From positions 1,152,001-1,216,000 of the forward strand of contig CP000066.1 of NCBI GenBank assembly GCA_000002445.1: a DNA stretch of 64,000 nucleotides, given 5' to 3'. The notes beneath the pieces were generated by a model. It saw only the letters and a program-made list of their open reading frames with translations. It did not search any database and was not told where the DNA came from. The translations under genes and the position numbers were made by a program. Numbering within the stretch: the first letter of the stretch is position 1; each line of letters starts with the position of its first letter. The DNA is from Trypanosoma brucei (Eukaryota). This document shows positions 1 through 8,790 of the stretch, one piece after another.

Positions 1-313
1 CGCTGGGGTTCGCTATCTTTCCATCGAAGGTGAGGCCAAAAAGCAGGAAGCCCAAGAATCCAAGGAAACCAGCAATTGGCAGGACCACCATCGGACCAGC
101 GTAATCGAACAGGGCACCACCAATAAAACTGCAGTAACCGATGCAATTGCCAACGGTACTGATAGTTGTAATGTCACTCTGTGAAAGACGATATTTCTCC
201 CGCAGATGTGCCGCAAAAACAGAGAATCCGTAAGTCGATGATACAACAAGACCAGCATAAACTCCTGCCATCAGCATGCGTACTCGCGCAAGGTCATCGA
301 CAAGGTAAACCAT
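1..313 (-). CDS. MFS-like 12-TM transporter, array copy 0 (N-terminal portion only; the gene runs off the left edge of the window)
   Basis: ATG at 313..311 (reverse complement) reads MVYLVDDLARVRMLMAGVYAGLVVSSTYGFSVFAAHLREKYRLSQSDITTISTVGNCI, collinear with the N-termini of the full copies at 2649/4968/7289 but a distinct sequence variant. The spacing to the next copy (about 2.33 kb) matches the array period. Confidence 0.6.
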   Translation of the reverse strand, partial: MVYLVDDLARVRMLMAGVYAGLVVSSTYGFSVFAAHLREKYRLSQSDITTISTVGNCIGYCSFIGGALFDYAGPMVVLPIAGFLGFLGFLLFGLTFDGKIANPS

Positions 314-861
314 AACTGCAGGGACTGCGGGTCGGTTTGTTCTGAGTGGAAGTGCGCAAGTAGTAGCTCTATTTTACTCTTTGTGTGGAAACATTTGTCA
401 GGTAAAGAAGAAAAATGAGTAATAAGAGTGTTAGAAAAGGAATCCATAGAGAGGTAAAGGGAAGCACTGATATGTATCACTGCCGTGTTGCAACGGCTTC
501 GTGACGGAAAAAACAAAGGTTTCGCAGAGACTGGGAAACTGACCACGTAAAATCATTCAAACAGCGTTTCTAAACTGTCGTGCAGTAAAGAATAAAGTAA
601 AGGAAGAGCGAAACGTGGCTGCCTGCTCACACGAACAAAACACTCTAAGGTAAAACAAAATCCACCCATCAACCACTAAGAGTGATCAAACGGCACACCC
701 TCTTGTTTGCAAGAAGCAACACAATGTGGGAGTGAGGAGCAATTATTATATTGATTAGTAGTCACATCAAGGATAAATTCAACGTAACAAGATTTATGAG
801 ATAGAGGCAAATGCATATTTTCAATTTAGAGTTCAGGTACGGCAACAGCTGTAAAACAACC

Positions 862-2649
862 CTACTGCTGCGCTGCTCCGCCACTGTGTGAGCCCCCTTC
901 ATTTGGCTGCCCCGCATCCTCTGTAACAGGAGCAGCGACACCACTCATCTCATCAGCTGGCTCATTACACCTGTTCTGCTCAGCATTAATGAAACGCGAA
1001 AATCTGAAGTGGACAATCGCTGCAGCGACCGCTGCCACAACATTGACACCCATCAGTATGAGCATCTGGTTTTTGACACACGAAGGGTTTTTACACTCGG
1101 GTTTCGTACCAAGCTTCTCAGCCTCAGCATCGTACATACCACCGAACATGAAGAGGTTGAGCGCTATTGTCGCTGCGACACCGGAGGAAAAGCCGAAGTT
1201 ATAGTGCTTTCCCAAATCCTGTGAATACATTATACGAAACGCAAGCACACCACTTCCCCAACCTGCTCCGTTGCCCAAAGCCCCAAGGAAGAAAGGAAGG
1301 ATCAGCGCGTTAGCGGGAAGCAACGCGAAGAGCAGGAAGGCGATGCACAACATCAGAGGGCAAAATGGGAGCGCAATTGTTGTGGGAAACGTTTTAAGCC
1401 CCTCTCGCTGCCGCCGTGTCAGCACCATATCCAGATATCCCATAGACATGCGACCAACAGCACTGCCAACAGACATCATGGTGATATACAGTGTTAGAGT
1501 GGAGCTTTTCTTCCCACCGTAACTTTTGCTCTCATAAATTTGGGCAGCGTTCATCTGCATGACAGTTCCAGTACCCCACATACCAAAGCATGTAAGCCAC
1601 ATGCACCAAAGATCCACGGTAAGCAAGTGCTGCCAGAAGGACCCACTGTACTGCGGCAATGGCTTCACCTCGTTCTTCGTTGTAGCTACCGCTGATTCGG
1701 TCACAACATCCTCCAGTGCCTCTCCAATTGTGTCCATATCCGTAGGGCGCACTGGAGTATATCGTCCAAGCCATTGAAACGGCAACGCAACGACACAAAA
1801 TGATGCCATCATGAGCACTGCAATAATCGAAAAGGCCAAATAGGCAGCCGGAGGAAGCTTTACATATCCACCAATGAGTGATTGTGTGGTGAGAAACAAC
1901 AGCAGGCTGAGGACGAGTCCCACAGCTATCTTCATCCTTCTGGGAGGCGCAGGCTGGTTCATGTATAACTGAAGTGTCTGCTGTCGCTTCGTCCACTCCT
2001 CTTCACTTAGCCGTTGCTTCCGCCACGCACAAGGAAAGTACATGGGCATGCGAGTTACGCTGAGAGCAATGAGTGACACGACCACCAACTGTATGGCAAC
2101 AAAGTACGCGAAACCCGAGTAGTTGTTATTGCTCAAGTCATCGGATGTGGTATCCTTAAACCACCCGTTGAAGTAAGCCATTAGCACCCCGGTACCGAGA
2201 CCACTGATTGTCTTGGACACGAGCACAACATAACCCCTGTCAAGTGGAAACTGCAGCATCAGTGGCATAATCGTCGAAACATCCAACCACGGCGTCCCCA
2301 GATAAAGAATAGCGTTAAAAGTGGAGAAGAGACCGACGCTGGGGTTCGCTATCTTTCCATCGAAGGTGAGGCCAAAAAGCAGGAAGCCCAAGAATCCAAG
2401 GAAACCAGCAATTGGCAGGACCACCATCGGACCAGCGTAATCGAACAGGGCACCACCAATAAAACTGCAGTAACCGATGCAATTGCCAACGGTACTGATA
2501 GTTGTAATTTCACTCTGTGAAAGACGATATTGCTTGCGCATGTAGACGGAAAAAAGGGAGAATCCGTAAGTCGATGATACAACAAGACCAGCATAAACTC
2601 CTGCCATCAGCATGCGTACTCGCGCAAGGTCATCGACAAGGTAAACCAT
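862..2649 (-). CDS. MFS-like polytopic membrane transporter (595 aa, about 12 predicted TM helices in a 6+6 layout with a central charged loop), array copy 1
   Basis: Long ORF with a true ATG (atggtttaccttgtcgatgac = MVYLVDD). There are twelve hydrophobic segments and a hydrophilic central loop (RMPMYFPCAWRKQRLSEEEWTKRQQ), the classic MFS topology. It is more than 95% identical to copies 2 and 3 over the C-terminal roughly 440 aa. The exact family (nodulin-like, folate/biopterin-type or other) is not resolved from memory. Confidence 0.75.
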   Translation of the reverse strand: MVYLVDDLARVRMLMAGVYAGLVVSSTYGFSLFSVYMRKQYRLSQSEITTISTVGNCIGYCSFIGGALFDYAGPMVVLPIAGFLGFLGFLLFGLTFDGKIANPSVGLFSTFNAILYLGTPWLDVSTIMPLMLQFPLDRGYVVLVSKTISGLGTGVLMAYFNGWFKDTTSDDLSNNNYSGFAYFVAIQLVVVSLIALSVTRMPMYFPCAWRKQRLSEEEWTKRQQTLQLYMNQPAPPRRMKIAVGLVLSLLLFLTTQSLIGGYVKLPPAAYLAFSIIAVLMMASFCVVALPFQWLGRYTPVRPTDMDTIGEALEDVVTESAVATTKNEVKPLPQYSGSFWQHLLTVDLWCMWLTCFGMWGTGTVMQMNAAQIYESKSYGGKKSSTLTLYITMMSVGSAVGRMSMGYLDMVLTRRQREGLKTFPTTIALPFCPLMLCIAFLLFALLPANALILPFFLGALGNGAGWGSGVLAFRIMYSQDLGKHYNFGFSSGVAATIALNLFMFGGMYDAEAEKLGTKPECKNPSCVKNQMLILMGVNVVAAVAAAIVHFRFSRFINAEQNRCNEPADEMSGVAAPVTEDAGQPNEGGSHSGGAAQQ

Positions 2650-3210
2650 AACTGCAGGGACTGCGGGTCGGTTTGTTCTGAGTGGAAGTGCGCAAGTAGT
2701 AGCTCTATTTTACTCTTTGTGTGGAAACATTTGTCAGGTAAAGAAGAAAAATGAGTAATAAGAGTGTTAGAAAAGGAATCCATAGAGAGGTAAAGGGAAG
2801 CACTGATATGTATCACTGCCGTGTTGCAACGGCTTCGTGACGGAAAAAACAAAGGTTTCGCAGAGACTGGGAAACTGACCACGTAAAATCATTCAAATAG
2901 CGTTTTATTTTTACCACAAAGTGGAAGAGAGAAAAAGAAGAGTTAGGAAAAAAAAAACGTTCGAAGACAGAAAAAATAGTAACCCACTAATCACTGAGAG
3001 TGGATATACAACATACTTTTAATACTAAAAAAAAATTTAAAAACTTATTTCTTGAATCGGGCCGCACCCTCACGCAGAAACAACAACCACATCTAACAGA
3101 AAAGAAAACATACGATTTTTAACACAAAGAAGGATAACACACGGTAAGACAGAAAAATACTATGGAAATATGCAAAAAATACTATTTCGTTTTTCTTAAC
3201 CCCCCAAAAA

Positions 3211-4968
3211 TTATTGCTTCTTTCCTGAATGTCCACCGCTAGTAACAGGAGCAGCGACACCACTCATCTCATCAGCTGGCTCATTACACCTGTTCTGCTC
3301 AGCATTAATGAAACGCGAAAATCTGAAGTGGACAATCGCTGCACCGACCGCTGCCACAACATTGACACCCATCAGTATGAGCATCTGGTTTTTGACACAC
3401 GAAGGTTGCTTACACTCGGGTTTCGTACCAAGCTTCTCAGCCTCAGCATCGTACATACCACCGAACATGAAGCGGTTGAGCGCTATTGTCGCTGCGACAC
3501 CGGAGGAAAAGCCGAAGTGGTAGTGCTTTCCCAAATCCTGTGAATACATTATACGAAACGCAAGCACAACACTTCCCCAACCTGCTCCGTTACCCAAAGC
3601 CCCAAGGAAGAAAGGAAGGATCAGCGCGTTAGCGGGAAGCAACGCGAAGAGCAGGAAGGCGATGCACAACATCAGAGGGCAAAATGGGAGCGCAATTGTT
3701 GTGGGAAACGTTTTAAGCCCCTCTCGCTGCCGCCGTGTCAGCACCATATCCAGATATCCCATAGACATGCGACCAACAGCACTGCCAACAGATATCATGG
3801 TGATATACAGTGTTAGAGTGGAGCTTTTCTTCTCACCGTAACTTTTGCTCTCATAAATTTGGGCAGCGTTCATCTGCATGACGACCGCAGTACCCCACAC
3901 GCCAAAGCATGTAAGCCACATGCACCAAAGATCCACGGTAAGCAAGTGCTGCCAGAAGGACCCGCTGTACTGCGGCAATGGCTTCACCTCGTTCTTCGTT
4001 GTAGCTACCGCTGATTCGGTCACAACATCCTCCAGTGCCTCTCCAATTGTGTCCATATCCGTAGGGCGCACTGGAGTATATCGTCCAAGCCATTGAAACG
4101 GCAACGCAACGACACAAAATGATGCCATCATGAGCACTGCAATAATCGAAAAGGCCAAATAGGCAGCCGGAGGAAGCTTTACATATCCACCAATGAGTGA
4201 TTGTGTGGTGAGAAACAACAGCAGGCTGAGGACGAGTCCCACAGCTATCTTCATCCTTCTGGGAGGCGCAGGCTGGTTCATGTATAACTGAAGTGTCTGC
4301 TGTCGCTTCGTCCACTCCTCTTCACTTAGCCGTTGCTTCCGCCACGCACAAGGAAAATACATGGGCATGCGAGTTACGCTGAGAGCAATGAGTGACACGA
4401 CCACCAACTGTATGGCAACAAAGTACGCGAAACCCGAGTAGTTGTTTTTTTCCACATCATCGGATGTGGTATCCTTAAACCACCCGTTGAAGTAAGCCAT
4501 TAGCACCCCGGTACCGAGACCACTGATTGTCTTGGACACGAGCACAACATAACCCCTGTCAAGTGGAAACTGCAGCATCAGTGGCATAATCGTCGAAACA
4601 TCCAACCAAGAAAATGTGCAATTTACGAGAGCATTGTAAAAGCAAAAGAGACCGACGCTGGGGTTCGCTATCTTTCCATCGAAGGTGAGACCAAAAAGCA
4701 GGAAGCCCAAGAATCCAAGGAAACCAGCAATTGGCAGGACCACCATCGGACCAGCGTAATCGAACAGGGCACCACCAGGGAAACTGAAGTACAGCATGCA
4801 GGTTCCAACGGTACTGATAGTTGTAATGTCTCCCTGTGTCATATTAAATTTGCTCCTTAAGAATGGCGTGAAAATCGAAAAGCAGTATGCCTTTGAGACA
4901 CCCAATCCAGCATAAACTCCTGCCATCAGCATCCGCATACGGGCAAGGTCATCGACAAGGTAAACCAT
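3211..4968 (-). CDS. MFS-like polytopic membrane transporter, array copy 2 (585 aa; variant N-terminus and variant C-terminal tail ...VTSGGHSGKKQ)
   Basis: Paralogue of 862..2649. The N-terminal roughly 130 aa are diverged (MVYLVDDLARMRMLMAGVYAGLGVSKAYCFSIFTPFLRSKFNMTQGDITT), the core is near-identical, and the last roughly 12 codons and the 3' flank (2926-3210, A-rich) are unrelated to the other copies. Confidence 0.75.
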   Translation of the reverse strand: MVYLVDDLARMRMLMAGVYAGLGVSKAYCFSIFTPFLRSKFNMTQGDITTISTVGTCMLYFSFPGGALFDYAGPMVVLPIAGFLGFLGFLLFGLTFDGKIANPSVGLFCFYNALVNCTFSWLDVSTIMPLMLQFPLDRGYVVLVSKTISGLGTGVLMAYFNGWFKDTTSDDVEKNNYSGFAYFVAIQLVVVSLIALSVTRMPMYFPCAWRKQRLSEEEWTKRQQTLQLYMNQPAPPRRMKIAVGLVLSLLLFLTTQSLIGGYVKLPPAAYLAFSIIAVLMMASFCVVALPFQWLGRYTPVRPTDMDTIGEALEDVVTESAVATTKNEVKPLPQYSGSFWQHLLTVDLWCMWLTCFGVWGTAVVMQMNAAQIYESKSYGEKKSSTLTLYITMISVGSAVGRMSMGYLDMVLTRRQREGLKTFPTTIALPFCPLMLCIAFLLFALLPANALILPFFLGALGNGAGWGSVVLAFRIMYSQDLGKHYHFGFSSGVAATIALNRFMFGGMYDAEAEKLGTKPECKQPSCVKNQMLILMGVNVVAAVGAAIVHFRFSRFINAEQNRCNEPADEMSGVAAPVTSGGHSGKKQ

Positions 4969-5501
4969 AACTGCAGGGACTGCGGGTCGGTTTGTTCTGA
5001 GTGGAAGTGCGCAAGTAGTAGCTCTATTTTACTCTTTGTGTGGAAACATTTGTCAGGTAAAGAAGAAAAATGAGTGATAAGAGTGTTAGAAAAGGAATCC
5101 ATAGAGAGGTAAAGGGAAGCACTGATATGTATCACTGCCGTGTTGCAACGGCTTCGTGACGGAAAAAACAAAGGTTTCGCAGAGAATGGGAAACTGACCA
5201 CGTAAAATCATTCAAATAGCGTTTTATTTTTACCACAAAGTGGAAGAGCGAAACGTGGCTGCCTGCTCACACGAACAAAACACTCTAAGGTAAAACAAAA
5301 TCCGCCCATCAACCACTAAGAGTGATCAAATGGCACACCCTCTTGCTTGCAAGAAGCAACACAATGTGGGAGTGAGGAGCAATTATTATATTGATTAGTA
5401 GTCACATCAAGGATAAATTCAACGTAACAAGATTTATGAGATAGAGGCAAATGCATATTTTCAATTTAGAGTTCAGGTACGGCAACAGCTGTAAAACAAC
5501 C

Positions 5502-7289
5502 CTACTGCTGCGCTGCTCCGCCACTGTGTGAGCCCCCTTCATTTGGCTGCCCCGCATCCTCTGTAACAGGAGCAGCGACACCACTCATCTCATCAGCTGG
5601 CTCATTACACCTGTTCTGCTCAGCATTAATGAAACGCGAAAATCTGAAGTGGACAATCGCTGCAGCGACCGCTGCCACAATATTGACACCCATCAGTATG
5701 AGCATCTGGTTTTTGACACACGAAGGGTTTTTACACTCGGGTTTCGTACCAAGCTTCTCAGCCTCAGCATCGTACATACCACCGAACATGAAGAGGTTGA
5801 GCGCTATCGTTGACACAATTCCAGAACTGTAGCCGAAGTGGTAGTGCTTTCCCAAATCCTGTGAATACATCGTACGAATTACAAGCACACAACACCCCCA
5901 ACCTGCTCCGTTGCCCAAAGCCCCAAGGAAGAAAGGAAGGATCAGCGCGTTAGCGGGAAGCAACGCGAAGAGCAGGAAGGCGATGCACAACATCAGAGGA
6001 CCAAATGGGAGCGCAATTGTTGTGGGAAACGTTTTAAGCCCCTCTCGCTGCCGCCGTGTCAGCACCATATCCGTGAACCCCATAGACACGCGACCAACAG
6101 CACTGCCAACAGACATCATGGTGATATACAGTGTTAGAGTGGAGCTTTTCTTCCCGCCGTAACTTTTGCTCTCATAAATTTGTGCAGCGTTCATCTGCAT
6201 GACAGTTCCAGTACCCCACACGCCGAAGCATGTAAGCCACATGCACCAAAGATCCACGGTAAGCAAGTGCTGCCAGAAGGACCCACTGTACTGCGGCAAT
6301 GGCTTCACCTCGTTCTTCGTTGTAGCCACCGCTGATTCGGTCACAACATCCTCCAGTGCCTCTCCAATTGTGTCCATATCCGTAGGGCGCACTGGAGTAT
6401 ATCGTCCAAGCCATTGAAACGGCAACGCAACGACACAAAATGATGCCATCATGAGCACTGCAATAATCGAAAAGGCCAAATAGGCAGCCGGAGGAAGCTT
6501 TACATATCCGCCAATGAGTGATTGTGTGGTGAGAAACAACAGCAGGCTGAGGACGAGTCCCACAGCTATCTTCATCCTTCTGGGAGGCGCAGGCTGGTTC
6601 ATGTATAACTGAAGTGTCTGCTGTCGCTTCGTCCACTCCTCTTCACTTAGCCGTTGCTTCCGCCACGCACAAGGAAAGTACATGGGCATGCGAGTTACGC
6701 TGAGAGCAATGAGTGACACGATCAGCAATCTAGCGGCAATGAAGTACATGAAACCCGAGTAGTTGTTTTTTTCCACATCATCGGATGTGGTATCCTTAAA
6801 CCACCCGTTGAAGTAAGCCATTAGCACCCCGGTACCGAGACCACTGATTGTCTTCAACACGAGCACAACATAACCCCTGTCAAGTGGAAACTGCAATATC
6901 GCCGGCATGATCGTTGCAACATCTAATGTTGGGATCCCCGAATAAACTATTGCGTCGAAGACACAGAAAAGGGTTAAAGTCGGGTTCGCTATCTTTCCAT
7001 CGAAGGTGAGACCAAAAAGCAGGAAGCCCAAAGACCCTAGAAACCCACCAAGGGGGAGTAGCACCATCGGACCAGCGTAATCGAACAGAGCACCGATTGG
7101 AAAGCTGCAGTAACCGATGCAATTGCCGACGGTACTGATAGTTGCAATTTCACTTTGCGACAGACGATACTTTTTTCGCAGAAGAACGGCCATTAATGTG
7201 AAGCAATATGGGGCCGCTGTAGAAGCCATTGTATACACCCCGGAAGCTAACATGCGTACTCGCGCAAGGTCATCGATAATATACGTCAT
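5502..7289 (-). CDS. MFS-like polytopic membrane transporter, array copy 3 (595 aa; most diverged N-terminal third)
   Basis: MTYIIDDLARVRMLASGVYTMASTAAPYCFTLMAVLLRKKYRLSQSEIAT..., with the same C-terminal tail as copy 1 (GGSHSGGAAQQ). There are scattered substitutions in TM2-TM5 and TM10-11. Confidence 0.75.
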   Translation of the reverse strand: MTYIIDDLARVRMLASGVYTMASTAAPYCFTLMAVLLRKKYRLSQSEIATISTVGNCIGYCSFPIGALFDYAGPMVLLPLGGFLGSLGFLLFGLTFDGKIANPTLTLFCVFDAIVYSGIPTLDVATIMPAILQFPLDRGYVVLVLKTISGLGTGVLMAYFNGWFKDTTSDDVEKNNYSGFMYFIAARLLIVSLIALSVTRMPMYFPCAWRKQRLSEEEWTKRQQTLQLYMNQPAPPRRMKIAVGLVLSLLLFLTTQSLIGGYVKLPPAAYLAFSIIAVLMMASFCVVALPFQWLGRYTPVRPTDMDTIGEALEDVVTESAVATTKNEVKPLPQYSGSFWQHLLTVDLWCMWLTCFGVWGTGTVMQMNAAQIYESKSYGGKKSSTLTLYITMMSVGSAVGRVSMGFTDMVLTRRQREGLKTFPTTIALPFGPLMLCIAFLLFALLPANALILPFFLGALGNGAGWGCCVLVIRTMYSQDLGKHYHFGYSSGIVSTIALNLFMFGGMYDAEAEKLGTKPECKNPSCVKNQMLILMGVNIVAAVAAAIVHFRFSRFINAEQNRCNEPADEMSGVAAPVTEDAGQPNEGGSHSGGAAQQ

Positions 7290-8790
7290 TTTGTGACCTT
7301 TCTGTGTGTACAGGTTGCACTATACTGTTTCGAGTTTGTAAGGGGAATGGGTATCGTTGTTGCTGAGGAATACTGCTTCCTTTCTTGGCTGGTTTTTGTT
7401 TTACTTTCGCATTACCTATCTGTAAGTTTGTTTTTGAAGAGTAGTTGATTGCTAATGGGCTATGCCGACACAGTTTGCTGTTAATTATTGTCGCTTCTGC
7501 TTTTTTTTAAAAAAAGAAAAAAATGCTCATCTTAAAACTGTTTAATATTCTTGGGGGGAGGGGAGTGTCTTCATTTCTTGCAGAGTACCTATGGCGCAGT
7601 ATTTGCTATTGTGGCCACACTTCGTGGCAGCAAAGCCCCTCAAACATCTCTGCTGCGAAGCACGATTACCAGCATTGTTATTTGGATTCATTTATGCGAT
7701 GCTTTGCATTTCCTCCCCCGACACGGCAGTCTTTAAGTGTTCGGGAGCTCCCTCGTGATGGCACCTCCTGGCAGCGTACTAAAATGTTTAGCGCAATTTT
7801 CGTTTGTTGCACGTCTCGATCTCTGAGGGCAATGACACTGGGAAGAACATGGAAAGGTTCCGGTCCCCAGCTCTTAGACCCTCATTATACCACGGGTAGT
7901 TGGTGGATCTAGCGCTTTGCCTCGGAAGGGAAAACTGTGCTCCCGCTGTCGCGATTTGTCAACATCGCAGCGTTACAAAGAAAAAAAGCGAAGGCGTACA
8001 AGTTAATGGGCAAACGGTTGTGTAAAATGTATGCCATGTGGGTGGGTGTGGAGAGGGGGGGGATAAAGGTGAGCACGGAAACGCTGACGGTACGCCAAAT
8101 GCATCAGCTTCAAGTTGTACGGCCATCGGCAGCGTAACGTTGTAATAGAGTTCCGTTTTTTAAAGGAAAAGACAAAGGGCAACAGCAAAACAATAGGGTT
8201 GTAAGGCATGCAGAGAGAAGAGTGAGAATAATTGGCCAAAACCAAGCACAGACACCAATCCCTCAACAGCACTAACCAGAGAGACAGCAACCAACGGCGA
8301 AGAAGAGCAATGGAAGGGAAAGTGCTAACGTAGTTTCAAGGTGATGCGTCCCGCGGTGCCATTAAAAGGACCGAGACTTGCCAGACACCAGCGCCCCACC
8401 GTGTGCAGTAAACAGAGACAAGGTGACCCACGAGTCACGAAAAATAAAGGGCGTGAACATCTCGTCCATACAGCATGGGGTGACTCACGTCACAAAGCCC
8501 AAACTACTGATGTTATCCACATCCCGGCGTGGTGGTCACCCGCTTCTATCAAGTGACTAGCTACTCGGCAGCAAAAGAATGGGGGGAGGAAGTGCTAGCA
8601 TAAACACTCATAATGAAGATCTTAGAGTTACAACAAAGGAGGGAAAGTGTGGGGAAGCATGCATAACATGCGCTCCGTGGGATTGTGTTACATGCCGTTC
8701 GCGAACAGGCAACTTCTTTAGTGTGTATTGGACCGCTGACAGAGACCAATTAAAATCATCCTCGGAACTTCCTTAAACCAGACTATCAGA

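Larger units (their letters stand above)
1..7289 (-). repeat. Head-to-tail tandem gene array, period about 2.32 kb, at least 4 units (leftmost truncated by the window)
   Basis: ORFs 13..258 and 271..546 are exact or near-exact duplicates of 2349..2594 and 2607..2882 and of 4926..5201. The spacer blocks 547-861 and 5241-5501 are homologous, whereas spacer 2926-3210 is unique. Confidence 0.85.

Noticed and set aside
989-1996. Short plus-strand and alternate-frame ORFs inside the transporter copies (e.g. 989..1204 +, 1271..1522 +, 1532..1996 -; duplicates at 3308.., 3851.., 5629.., 5911.., 6172..)
   Set aside because: They overlap the long, TM-rich true reading frame. They are reiterated only as shadows of the array and have no independent coding signal.
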